39,714 nt of DNA from Promethearchaeota archaeon (GCA_016839585.1 JAEOTZ010000080.1:1-39714), one strand, 5' to 3'; shown: positions 8,993 through 18,563, counted from the stretch's first letter. Numbers and translations are program-made. The notes: a model not told the origin generated them from the sequence alone.

Positions 8993-10396
8993 TCACTCAA
9001 TATCCCTAATAGATGGCGTTAAGAAATCATCTTCTTTAGGTTTTTCTGCCATGTCTAAAAGATTATATTCAGTTATCATCTGAAGTATTCCCATAACCTT
9101 CATGCCGTGATTGTACATATCATTGGCATCAGATAAATTCCTCCAGCAAAAGGGGCATTCGGTTGTCAAGATGTCTGCACCAACAGCATTCGCTTCATCA
9201 CATCGCAAACTGGCGGTTCTGAGCGAAAATTCGGGATATCCAGCCCTCACACCTCCACCAGCACCACAACACATACTATCAAGTTTAATACGATACATCT
9301 CTTTAAAGACAATACCGACATCCTCTGCAAGTTTTCTAAGAATTATACGTGGAACTTCATACCATTCTTCGATTTTTTCCTTAATCTTTCGTGAATCAAT
9401 TAATAGATTCTTTGATTCTCTGATCATATCTTGTTCCATATCTACAGCGAAATGCCTTCCTGTATGGCAGGGATCATGATAAGTGACAACTTTTCCCTTT
9501 AATTCTTTGTTTGGTTTGAATTTGATTTTCTCTTGTTGAATTAATCTCGCCACCAGTTCAAAGGCGTGCTGTGTTTTAAAAGGAAGTTCTTCCCCTTCAG
9601 GCATCCATTTTGGATAATCAATGGTAAAAGTTCTATAACAACCCGCACAACTGAAATATAACATTTTTACATTCTTAAAAGCTTCTAAATTTTTATTCAT
9701 TAATTCTTGTGCAGTATCAACAGCTCCAATCCTAAAGAAAGGACTTCCACAGCAGACTTCATCTCCGATTATAGTGAAATTCATTCCTAATAGTTCAAAT
9801 AGTTTTGCAGTTGTAATAGCAACCTCTATTTGTCGATAACTTGCAGTACATCCTACATAATATGCAATTTTTGCATCTTTATTATCTACATATTTTCCTA
9901 AACCAGCATCTTTTGCCCATTTAAATCGTTCTTCTGCTTTACCTCCATATGGATTGTTCAATTCTTTAACCAATCTGTCAACCAATTCATGTTTTTCGAT
10001 CATAGGCACTCCTGATTCTATACACGCAGCCCGTAAAGATTCTATAATATCAACTGTTGGAATCTTATTATCACATTGGGCTGAACATTGACCACATGTT
10101 ATGCATGGCATAATTACATCCCTGACTTCTTCAGTAAATTCTAAATCCCCAGTTAGAATTGACCTAGCAATCCAAATCTTGCCTGCATTCCAAAATGCTT
10201 CCCAACCATACTCTATACCAGCGGGGCAAGCATCGACCATTCCTTCATAAAGTACTGTACCTTGCTTTCCAGCATACTCTCCTATTCCTTCTCTATCAGG
10301 TTCACCAGAATAAGCGAATTTACATGCCTTACAATGAATACATTTAAAAATTTCTTTTTTTAATTCTTGAAGCCTTTCCATACCTGTTTTTGCCAT
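8993..10396 (-). CDS. HdrD/GlpC/GlcF-like (Fe-S)-binding oxidoreductase with two CCG domains
   Basis: CIHCKAC...CP and CITCGQCSAQC ferredoxin-type motifs. CCG-domain motifs YYVGC, EVCCG, SCAGC, YHDPCH, MCCGAGGG and TECPFC. Confidence 0.9.
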   Translation of the reverse strand: MAKTGMERLQELKKEIFKCIHCKACKFAYSGEPDREGIGEYAGKQGTVLYEGMVDACPAGIEYGWEAFWNAGKIWIARSILTGDLEFTEEVRDVIMPCITCGQCSAQCDNKIPTVDIIESLRAACIESGVPMIEKHELVDRLVKELNNPYGGKAEERFKWAKDAGLGKYVDNKDAKIAYYVGCTASYRQIEVAITTAKLFELLGMNFTIIGDEVCCGSPFFRIGAVDTAQELMNKNLEAFKNVKMLYFSCAGCYRTFTIDYPKWMPEGEELPFKTQHAFELVARLIQQEKIKFKPNKELKGKVVTYHDPCHTGRHFAVDMEQDMIRESKNLLIDSRKIKEKIEEWYEVPRIILRKLAEDVGIVFKEMYRIKLDSMCCGAGGGVRAGYPEFSLRTASLRCDEANAVGADILTTECPFCWRNLSDANDMYNHGMKVMGILQMITEYNLLDMAEKPKEDDFLTPSIRDIE

Positions 10397-10415
10397 TTTT
10401 TTTTACCTCCTTTAT

Positions 10416-11903
10416 TTAAGGAAGAGCAAGTCTTCCTGGATGCATTATCATATTAGGATCAAACATCTTCTTTACCATTCTTAAATATTTCCAGTACATT
10501 CCAGCTTGACTATATGTAAGAGGAGCGTGAATGTATGGATCTGGTCTATAATTTAACCATCCTTGTTTTAGGTTATATTCCGTTGTTTCTCTATTCATAT
10601 CTTGAACCTTTTCATAATCTGATTGTTTAGTGGAATCAAAACAGATGATTGGCATACAAATTGCTTGTCGGCAGCGTTCGATACTCGCGATCCACATTAC
10701 CGGGGGGAATCCATATTTCTCCATTGTTGCACAATAATTTTCAGCAAAATGGGCACACTCATTCCATGGTGTGTACCAAGTTATAAATAAAAATCCGGCT
10801 TCCCAGAAACTATAAGGTATAGCAATTTTATTAGGTTTTTTTAACCTGCTTGCAATTTGTTTCGGATGAAGTTCCTGAGGTTTTACAGCATCAGGATCTT
10901 TAGCTCTATTCTTCTTGAAATCTTCTGCCATTTTGTTAATTCTATTAGTAACATAGTCCAACTCTTCTTGAGTTTGTGCCCAGCACTCCCAATTCATCCA
11001 CCACTTACTAATTCCTAGTTCCTTAAAGAATTCATAGTCATGGGGTACTTTATCTTTAGGCCATCGAGCCATGACTAAAGGATAATTTCCACCTTGAACC
11101 ATAACAGTGTTATGGGCAATTCCAAATTCTTGTTTCCCAATTTCTAACGTTAAATCTTGCATATCATAAGGATTGGACATTCCTATAACAATAACTGTTT
11201 TATAGGGTGGATGAGGAAAAATCTTAACTGCGACTTTTGTAACTACTCCTAAAGCACCTTGACTACCCATAATAGTTGACCAAATATCAGGCCCTAACCC
11301 ATATTTATAAAAGGGTTTAGCAAAAGGAAGAGCCCAAGAGCCAGTTCGTACAATGTCACCATTTGGAAATACAATTTCTCCGCACATAAAATTATCTCCT
11401 TGTGGTCCGACGCTTGAAGTATAGAGAGAAAAACCTCTATCAATGGCGTCGCCCATAACAGTTGAGGCTGGTGGAGCACCATCTGGAATAGGAGGCGCCC
11501 AATCTGGAGTATTCTTATGCATATAAGCCCAAAGTTCACCAATTGTAACCCCAGGTTCGACAACGGCATACCGATTCTCTGTGTCAATTTCAATAATTCT
11601 ATTCATTCTGCTCAAATCAAGAAGAACTCCAGCAGGCTTAATTGTTGGACATGCAAACCCACCGGATAACCCTGCTGAAACTGGACTTACTGCAATTTTT
11701 TCTGCAGAGCAGTATATTAAGATTTTACGGATTTCTTCAACATATTTTGGACGTACAACGATATCAGGGATTTGACTTTCTAGACCCATAACAGACTTTG
11801 CCAGATAAGATGCTGTAATTGCTTTATTATTGGTAGCATATTCCTTGCCAACGATACCAACCATAGCTTCTAAATCTTTATCGTCTGGTAATTTATATGA
11901 CAT
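10416..11903 (-). CDS. FAD-binding oxidoreductase, VAO/PCMH superfamily, resembling the p-cresol methylhydroxylase flavoprotein
   Basis: PDIVVRP, LDLSRMNRII, VVEPGVT, GDAIDRG..YT, NGDIVRTG, YKYGLGPD, GSQGALGVVTK, and C-terminal NYR and FDPNMIMHPGR. It lies 19 bp upstream of the Fe-S gene, which has a GGAGGT RBS. Confidence 0.85.
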   Translation of the reverse strand: MSYKLPDDKDLEAMVGIVGKEYATNNKAITASYLAKSVMGLESQIPDIVVRPKYVEEIRKILIYCSAEKIAVSPVSAGLSGGFACPTIKPAGVLLDLSRMNRIIEIDTENRYAVVEPGVTIGELWAYMHKNTPDWAPPIPDGAPPASTVMGDAIDRGFSLYTSSVGPQGDNFMCGEIVFPNGDIVRTGSWALPFAKPFYKYGLGPDIWSTIMGSQGALGVVTKVAVKIFPHPPYKTVIVIGMSNPYDMQDLTLEIGKQEFGIAHNTVMVQGGNYPLVMARWPKDKVPHDYEFFKELGISKWWMNWECWAQTQEELDYVTNRINKMAEDFKKNRAKDPDAVKPQELHPKQIASRLKKPNKIAIPYSFWEAGFLFITWYTPWNECAHFAENYCATMEKYGFPPVMWIASIERCRQAICMPIICFDSTKQSDYEKVQDMNRETTEYNLKQGWLNYRPDPYIHAPLTYSQAGMYWKYLRMVKKMFDPNMIMHPGRLALP

Positions 11904-12101
11904 TTTAATCTTTCTTCATATTTTTTGATTTTTTTATTAATAAAATTTAATATTTTGGAAAATTAACTACTAAATTTTAAATTTTCTTATATCTTTTTCA
12001 AGTAAAAGATAACTTTTTCTTATAGAAGTTTTGTAGAATTCCGAATTACGATATTACATTATTGTAAATTATTTTAAATAAAGAGAAAAAGCAGAAATTA
12101 A

Positions 12102-12689
12102 TTAGAAATTCTCTATTGAATTTTTTGATGCTAAATTTAAATAGTTATAATTTTCAATATATTCACAATCCATAGAAGATTTTTTCCTTCTTTTGTCATT
12201 TATAATAAATTTTTGAAATTCTTCGTTATCCTCATCGATAAATTCCCAAAATTCCTCATAAATTTCTTTTAAATTCATTTCTTTTTTTCTTGGGACAATT
12301 TCAGCTTTTTTAGAGGTTTTTTTCTCCGTACCATCATAATTTAAAGGGCAGTATTCCAAAGAATTACCCTCTAAGATAATATTTTCAAACAATTCTTTAT
12401 AATCCTCTTCAGCCGGATTAAACGCTTTTACTCCATTTCTTAAGTTCTTAACATTTTTTTGTTCCAATTCAAGATCTACCTTCTGATACCCTCGGATTTG
12501 AAAATCTCTATCCATAAAAACCTGGAAATGATGTGGACAGATTAATCCTTTATGGATTGAAATGGTTGTTAATTGAGAATTTAGACTTCTTTTTAATTCT
12601 GGAATACCAACTATATCCCTAGACTTACAGATTGGACATATTACTTGAACTTTTTTTGTTATTTTCGGGACAATCATTAGGATTCTCAC
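12102..12689 (-). CDS. Hypothetical protein with an N-terminal Zn-ribbon-like domain (CxxC...CxH)
   Basis: CPICK...ICPHHFQVFMDRDFQIRGYQKVD. From memory this pattern recurs in Lokiarchaeia proteins. The start may be the ATG at 12677. Confidence 0.6.
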   Translation of the reverse strand: MRILMIVPKITKKVQVICPICKSRDIVGIPELKRSLNSQLTTISIHKGLICPHHFQVFMDRDFQIRGYQKVDLELEQKNVKNLRNGVKAFNPAEEDYKELFENIILEGNSLEYCPLNYDGTEKKTSKKAEIVPRKKEMNLKEIYEEFWEFIDEDNEEFQKFIINDKRRKKSSMDCEYIENYNYLNLASKNSIENF

Positions 12690-12819
12690 ATTCTAGAACA
12701 AAATCTTGCTATTAATACCATATCTATAATCTTATATTTAAACCTCCTTTATTCTTATGAATTACAAAATAAAAAGTTGTCAAACCAGTTAGCCATTACA
12801 TAAAAAGAAATTTTAAAAA

Positions 12820-13632
12820 TTATTGTTTAAAAAACATTTTTGATGAATATCTTATACCAATAAAAAGGAAAAACAGAGAGAAGATTAAAGTTAATGGTAA
12901 GTGTCCTACAATAATATAAGCAAAATTAGGTTCTGTTGAATAGAAATATAGCGTAATAGTTATCACCAGATATATTAAACAGTTCAAAGTAGCAATTTTC
13001 CAATTTGGAGACAAAAATCCTAGAATTAAATTAGGGAGTATAAATAAAATACTTATGTTTATGGTAGACAATAATATTAAAATTGGCATAAATCTTGTAA
13101 ATAATTGTTCTGGAGTAAAGAATCGGTTCAAATTAAAATAATTATACATAAAAGAAGTTACGTTTATGCTCAGGAGAATTAGAAAATAGCATAAAAAACC
13201 TGCGATTATCCATGACAATAATAATCTTATCCTTGGAGAAGGCATAATTTTCCTTCTTAAATTATTGTTAATTATTCTTTCCATATCATCAGGGTAAATT
13301 GTTTCAAGATCATAATCAGGTGAATAAGAATCAATGAAATCTTGCATTATATTTTTAACAATTAATGTCACTAAATGGTTATTGTCGTTAGTACTTACAA
13401 CAGTAGCTCCGAGAATTCTTTCTTCTGAATTAGGTACTAAAATAAGTTTATTATTTTCTCCGAGATCAACATTTTTGACTATACCTCCTAATGCTTCTCT
13501 ACTAAAGTTAGCAATTGATGAAAAAAATCCTATTAAGACATTTTGATCATATTTTTCTTTCATAAAATTTTTGGAATACAACAAAAATCCGTTCTCATCC
13601 AAGAAATATATACTTTTTATCATATAATACAA
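12820..13632 (-). CDS. Longin-like domain fused to about 4 TM helices
   Basis: IKSIYFLDENGFLLYSKNF / LIGFFSSIANFSREAL / VKNVDLGENNKLILVP / ILGATVVS / LIVKNIMQDFIDSY gives the beta-beta-alpha-beta-beta-beta-alpha-alpha longin order. Four hydrophobic segments follow after about aa 135. The likely start is the ATG at 13623. Confidence 0.75.
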   Translation of the reverse strand: MYYMIKSIYFLDENGFLLYSKNFMKEKYDQNVLIGFFSSIANFSREALGGIVKNVDLGENNKLILVPNSEERILGATVVSTNDNNHLVTLIVKNIMQDFIDSYSPDYDLETIYPDDMERIINNNLRRKIMPSPRIRLLLSWIIAGFLCYFLILLSINVTSFMYNYFNLNRFFTPEQLFTRFMPILILLSTINISILFILPNLILGFLSPNWKIATLNCLIYLVITITLYFYSTEPNFAYIIVGHLPLTLIFSLFFLFIGIRYSSKMFFKQ

Positions 13633-13660
13633 CTTTTTTTTACAATTCTTAATTATATTT

Positions 13661-15367
13661 TTAAGTTATTTCATAAAATTCTGAATAATCTTCTAAAGAA
13701 GCTTTATATCTTTTAAAACCGAAAAGATTTTGACTAAATAAATCTACTAATCGAATTATCATTTGATCAGGCTGATCTTTTACAAATATTTTAAATCTCT
13801 CATTTCTTCTTTCTTCTATGATTTTAGCTATTTCATCAAATTCGTATAATTTTTTTATTAAGTCTTCACCCGGATTATCTAATTCAATTATAATTATTTC
13901 ACCAGATTGAGGTAATTCTTCAATTAAATTGCTGAATGTCCCTATTTTAGATTCCAGATTACTAATAGTTAGGATTTGATCACAATTGGATATTATTCCT
14001 TCGGGAGCAAAAAAGATTAAAATCACATGAAACTTTTCTTTAATTTTTTTCATGTAATTATTAAATTTATCATATTCTAATCGGTCTAATATTTCAAAAG
14101 GAATAAAGAACATAATTATTGAAGGAAATTGCAGTAAAGCCCTTGCAATCGAAAATAGGAGGTATTCTAATTGATTTAATTTAGAAATTCTTTTTTTTTT
14201 TTTATGTAATAATCCAGTGACTTCTAAAGCATTTTTAATATATATATTTTTAAGAAGAATTCTCTTTGAAGCAGCAAAAAAAATCTCCTCCATTATCTCA
14301 TCAATCTTTGGTACAAAACCAGCATCTTTCAATATTGTGTTCAATGTAGTTTTTCTACTTTTAAGGATTTCATTAAGGTTAATATCATATTTGATTGCTT
14401 TCTTAATTTTCATGTTTTTTATTTTTGATTCATGCGCTTGGGGTAGAATTACTATTTTTTCTAAATCTGTTTCATTTAAATGTTGAATATGATTTCCAAA
14501 AATCTCAATTGTCCCAGAAAAATCAGAATAATTTCCCGAAATAGCCCAAAATAAATAAAATAAATCATATTTATGATCTTTATCATAGAGTTGTTGTTCC
14601 TCATAGAGTATCCCTATTGATTTTCCTCTATGAATATTGAATGAGACATTTTTTATTCCATTCTTAATAGATACATCATTAAGAATTAAATGTTGAGAAT
14701 TTTCCTTTAAATGATCCAATTTTAGACGGTCTATAACAATTTCACACACTTTCTCGATTAGTTGATAAATGTGAGGGGGTTTTTCTTCATTCCAGTTTTT
14801 AATAATATTTTCGTCATTAAATTCTCTCTCATTTATAATTTTTAAAAGTGTTTTCGAAAAGAAAAATGATGGTAAGAGAGGGTATTTTTCAAAATTTACA
14901 TTTAACCTTATTATAAAATATGGGAAAAAAATTCTAATCTCTCTAAAGTAAGGATTATTCTCGATTGGATAATTTTCGAACTTTTTATCTATTAATTCCA
15001 CTTCTATATCTAATAATGTTAAACGCTTTTGAAATTCTTTTCTAATAAGTTTCCTCATACGTTCAATAATTTTCCTAGGACTGACAAGACCATCCTCATC
15101 AAAATTGGGTTCTACAATAATTTCATTAAAATCAATTTCTTCTTCTATTGGGGTATAGATTTTTAATAAAGGGACTCCTTTTTCCATAACGTCTTTGTTT
15201 GTAAAAAATAATACTTCGATAAAGGACTTTTTATAAATTAAATTTAGAATTGATGCAATTCCAAACGTATTTTCTCTATATGTCATCCAAAAGCGCTTCG
15301 AATATCTAATTGCTTCTAAGATTTTTAATCTTAGACGCTCTAATTCAACATTTCTAGAGTTCTTCAA
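13661..15367 (-). CDS. RWD/UEV (E2-like) domain(s) fused to a degenerate ABC ATPase domain and a C-terminal regulatory domain
   Basis: IIRLNVNFEKYPLLPSFFF...IIKNWNEEKPPHIYQLIEKV has the YPxxP motif and downstream Trp of the UBC-like fold. The ABC scaffold is recognisable (IKNVSFNIHRGKSIGIL, SGTIEIFG, ILPQ, ALEVTGL, SIARALLQFPSII, CDQILTI), but Walker A, signature, Walker B and H-loop are all lost. It overlaps the upstream gene by 14 bp. Confidence 0.7.
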   Translation of the reverse strand: MKNSRNVELERLRLKILEAIRYSKRFWMTYRENTFGIASILNLIYKKSFIEVLFFTNKDVMEKGVPLLKIYTPIEEEIDFNEIIVEPNFDEDGLVSPRKIIERMRKLIRKEFQKRLTLLDIEVELIDKKFENYPIENNPYFREIRIFFPYFIIRLNVNFEKYPLLPSFFFSKTLLKIINEREFNDENIIKNWNEEKPPHIYQLIEKVCEIVIDRLKLDHLKENSQHLILNDVSIKNGIKNVSFNIHRGKSIGILYEEQQLYDKDHKYDLFYLFWAISGNYSDFSGTIEIFGNHIQHLNETDLEKIVILPQAHESKIKNMKIKKAIKYDINLNEILKSRKTTLNTILKDAGFVPKIDEIMEEIFFAASKRILLKNIYIKNALEVTGLLHKKKKRISKLNQLEYLLFSIARALLQFPSIIMFFIPFEILDRLEYDKFNNYMKKIKEKFHVILIFFAPEGIISNCDQILTISNLESKIGTFSNLIEELPQSGEIIIIELDNPGEDLIKKLYEFDEIAKIIEERRNERFKIFVKDQPDQMIIRLVDLFSQNLFGFKRYKASLEDYSEFYEIT

Positions 15368-18300
15368 CTTTAGGCACCTCCATTGCTTTATAACGAAAAT
15401 ATTGTTCCATTTTAGAATCTATTTGTTTTAATTCTTGAATTGAATCCTTACCCATTTCTACTTCAATTTTTTCAATCAGTTTATCTATATTTAGATTAGT
15501 GAATATTGAAAAACTGATGTTAGCTTTATTTTCTAAAACTTTTTCTATACCTTCAATCAGTTCAAGTCTAGCAATAACATTCTCTTTTAACTCCCTAAAA
15601 GTAATTTCAATCGATCTACCTTTTCCTGGTAAATTAGCTAAAAGGTTTTTTGGTTGTCCAAAATCTATCATTCCACGTTTTCTACCAAATATTGCAACAA
15701 GATTACAAAATCGGGATTCTTCAGGATAGTGAGTAATCACAACTAATGTAGTTTTGAATTGCTCATTGATTTTGGTTAAAACTAACCATAAGTTCTCTCT
15801 AATTACTGGGTCTAAACCTGATGTAGGTTCATCTAATATAAGAAACGTTGGTGAATGTATTAGCCCAATTGCAATGCTAACACGTCTCTTTTCCCCACCA
15901 GAAAGGTTTTTGACTAATTCATTCATCTTATCTTCTATTTCTAGGCTACGCAAAATTCTCTTAGATCTACTAATGATTTCTTTTTCTGAAAGACCATAAC
16001 GATTTCCAAAATATAATAAATTCTCCAAAGTTGTAAAATTATGATAAATTTTTCCTAAATCTTGTGGCACATAACCATATATAGGTCTAATTCTTCTTGA
16101 TGATCTTTTATTCATATCCATTCCATAAATTTGACAAAATCCTGTAATTTTTCTCATACCAAGTAAACCTTTAACGAACGTAGATTTACCAGCACCACTC
16201 TCTCCTAGAATTCCTAATATTTTTCCATGTTTTACATTCATAGAAACAGAATCAACAATTAATTTTCCTCCTGCATAAATACTTAAGTTTTCACAATTAA
16301 TGACTGGAAACTTTTGCAAATAAGATGTGTTAAGTTTTCCTCCAATTCCCAATGTTAATTTTATCCTTTGCGGTATTGAAAGTCTTTGATATAATTTTAA
16401 CAAAATGAATAAACCAATTCCAGCAATTTCTGCTATTAAAATATATGTTAATAATTGACTCCAGGGTTTAGAATCAAAGCTCTGATCATACTGTAATTCA
16501 TCCACAATAATAATACCATAAGCTATATTTCTTAAATCTCCTCCAAATCCAGGATTATCTCCAATTCCTCCAGTATTTAAACTAATGCATTGAATAAACC
16601 AATTTAAAGTATTTTTAATATTTTCTGGTTGAAACCTATAATCATAAAGAGCTTTTGCTCCAATATAAGTGATTAAAAATGTTGATGGTAAAGATAAATA
16701 ACTTCCTAGGGCAGGCAGAACTGAAAAAGAACCATCAGGAGTTTGTGCATTTTTTAGAAATTCGATAGCGGATATTTTAGACATTGGTTCGGAATGTAAC
16801 AATTCAGTAAATATTTCAAGTCCATAATAGGTTGAAATAACATCACTGTAAAATCCAACATATAGCGAAAATCCACCATCAGGATTTTGACATGATCTCA
16901 TCCAATGAGTAAGATTATTATAATCGACATCGTTTAGTTCACCAAGTATATTTAGTGAGTTTAAAGCCCAATAAGTGCTTTCAACGGTTGATATATTTGG
17001 ATTAATTAAATTAAGGAATATTTTATACAATGGTCCAAATATAGATAAAATTATTTCGACATCTCCACCTATACTAAAACCACCATCAGGATTTTGGAGA
17101 TTAACTAAATAACTTCTTATATTACTAATTTTAGATGCATCAAGCCATTCATTAGTAAAAGGATAAAGCATTTTATAGATATTCAATCCGCAATAAGTTG
17201 CAAAAAGAGTCGCATTTTCCCCAGGACTGGATGCAAATCCTCTATTATATTGATTATAACATTGGTTAACGAATAATATAATATTATTTAGTATATCCTC
17301 ATTAATGATTTCTTCATTAATTAAATCATAAAAAATTTTAGGATTATAATTATAAAGCGCTAAAACTCCAAAATAATTGGCTTCAATTGTAGTGCGACCG
17401 AATAAAGAATTTTTACCTTGAAAAAAATGCAGCCAATCATAATATCTTAAAATTGCATCATTAATATCAGAAATATACGTTAAGTTTTCTTGTTTGAGAA
17501 TATTGATTGCATTTACTGCAGCCCATCCATATTTAAAGCCTGAATTATAATTACCCTCTGGACGTAAACCAAAACCTCCGTCTGAGTTTGAACAATTAAG
17601 TAGATAATATAAAGTCTTTGTTTCGTTAAAAAATGTAGGTTTTGGTAGTCCTAATGTTATTAATGAGGAGAGGGAATAATAGGTCGATTGGACATCGGAA
17701 AATCCACCTAAAATGCTTGCAAATCCTCCATCTATGATGTTATAAAGTGAATTAAAGTATCCCCATATAGCTGTTTGGTCAATGACTGTATATGTCATAT
17801 TCAAACCTAAAAATGCTTTGATTCCATAATATGTTGTTTCTGCTGTTGCAATACTTAAAATACTATCTGTTAATTTATAACTACCAGCAAGCCAAGTTGA
17901 ATTGATGAATTTAGAGATGTTATCATTATCAATAATAAAATCAGCATTTAGCATATTTGCTATATCAATAGCACAAGATGTAGAAATTATATCAGATTCA
18001 TTTAAAAAGGGTAATGCCATGAATCCTTCTCCATTATCTTTCAATGAAACATTTAAATAATTTATAATATTGTCTGCCTTCCCCTGTTGTATTTTACGAG
18101 TTAAATAAGATATATTAGCAATCTCTAAGGTTTTTATAGCGTGATATGTGGAAATCATATTACCAAGTCCGGCTACATCCGAATATGACCCATCTATGTT
18201 TTGTTTTTCAAATATGTAATCAAAAAATATATTTGGTTTATACGCTTTTATGTATATATTTGAAATGTTATTTGGATTTATCAAATTGGAAGAAGATATA

Positions 18301-18527
18301 CTAGCAAAAGAAAAATTTATTGAATCGATTGCTCTGAAATTTGAATCTAAATTAGGTTCGATAAACAAACCGTACTCATTTTGATGAGTCCATGTAAAAA
18401 AAACAGCATTGTCTTTAATGAATTGAACCTCCTGATCATCTATGTATGAAATATAACGAATATTCACTAGAACTAAAGATATACTAGTAAGACCAACAAG
18501 AATGCTCAATAATAATATGTTTTTCAA
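15354..18527 (-). CDS. Fusion protein: signal/TM helix, large extracellular prenyltransferase/squalene-oxidase-repeat domain, TM helix, intact ABC ATPase
   Basis: Many QNxDGGF-type repeats (QNIDGSY, IDGGFA, SNSDGGFG, QNPDGGFS twice, QTPDGSFS), usually followed by a (D/T)xxSTYY-type helix. TM helix LLTYILIAEIAGIGLFILL. GESGAGKST, YVPQ, LSGGEKRR, LILDEPTSGLD and ITHY are all intact. Confidence 0.88.
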   Translation of the reverse strand: MKNILLLSILVGLTSISLVLVNIRYISYIDDQEVQFIKDNAVFFTWTHQNEYGLFIEPNLDSNFRAIDSINFSFASISSSNLINPNNISNIYIKAYKPNIFFDYIFEKQNIDGSYSDVAGLGNMISTYHAIKTLEIANISYLTRKIQQGKADNIINYLNVSLKDNGEGFMALPFLNESDIISTSCAIDIANMLNADFIIDNDNISKFINSTWLAGSYKLTDSILSIATAETTYYGIKAFLGLNMTYTVIDQTAIWGYFNSLYNIIDGGFASILGGFSDVQSTYYSLSSLITLGLPKPTFFNETKTLYYLLNCSNSDGGFGLRPEGNYNSGFKYGWAAVNAINILKQENLTYISDINDAILRYYDWLHFFQGKNSLFGRTTIEANYFGVLALYNYNPKIFYDLINEEIINEDILNNIILFVNQCYNQYNRGFASSPGENATLFATYCGLNIYKMLYPFTNEWLDASKISNIRSYLVNLQNPDGGFSIGGDVEIILSIFGPLYKIFLNLINPNISTVESTYWALNSLNILGELNDVDYNNLTHWMRSCQNPDGGFSLYVGFYSDVISTYYGLEIFTELLHSEPMSKISAIEFLKNAQTPDGSFSVLPALGSYLSLPSTFLITYIGAKALYDYRFQPENIKNTLNWFIQCISLNTGGIGDNPGFGGDLRNIAYGIIIVDELQYDQSFDSKPWSQLLTYILIAEIAGIGLFILLKLYQRLSIPQRIKLTLGIGGKLNTSYLQKFPVINCENLSIYAGGKLIVDSVSMNVKHGKILGILGESGAGKSTFVKGLLGMRKITGFCQIYGMDMNKRSSRRIRPIYGYVPQDLGKIYHNFTTLENLLYFGNRYGLSEKEIISRSKRILRSLEIEDKMNELVKNLSGGEKRRVSIAIGLIHSPTFLILDEPTSGLDPVIRENLWLVLTKINEQFKTTLVVITHYPEESRFCNLVAIFGRKRGMIDFGQPKNLLANLPGKGRSIEITFRELKENVIARLELIEGIEKVLENKANISFSIFTNLNIDKLIEKIEVEMGKDSIQELKQIDSKMEQYFRYKAMEVPKVEEL

Positions 18528-18563
18528 GTTTCGCTTGTTTTTACGACTTAAATTAATTATTTT

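Noticed and set aside
8955-8995. TGA stop plus downstream hairpin read as selenocysteine recoding (SECIS)
   Set aside because: The TGA is not at a conserved Cys position, readthrough would add only a few residues before a TAG, and the 6-bp hairpin is too small for a SECIS.
13661-15367. Pseudogene call for the degenerate ABC gene
   Set aside because: The frame is uninterrupted over 568 codons, overlaps the upstream gene as in translational coupling, and keeps its structural residues and C-terminal domain.
1-15367. Fanconi-anaemia-like pathway linking Hef/FANCM with the FANCL-like RWD domains
   Set aside because: The genes are about 12 kb apart on opposite strands, the RWD protein has no RING domain, and it sits inside a transporter operon.
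15354-18527. Calling the ectodomain an active GGTase/FTase beta subunit or a squalene-hopene cyclase
   Set aside because: Neither the D-x-C Zn-ligand motif nor DxDD is visible, there is no alpha-subunit gene nearby, and the domain is predicted to be extracellular.
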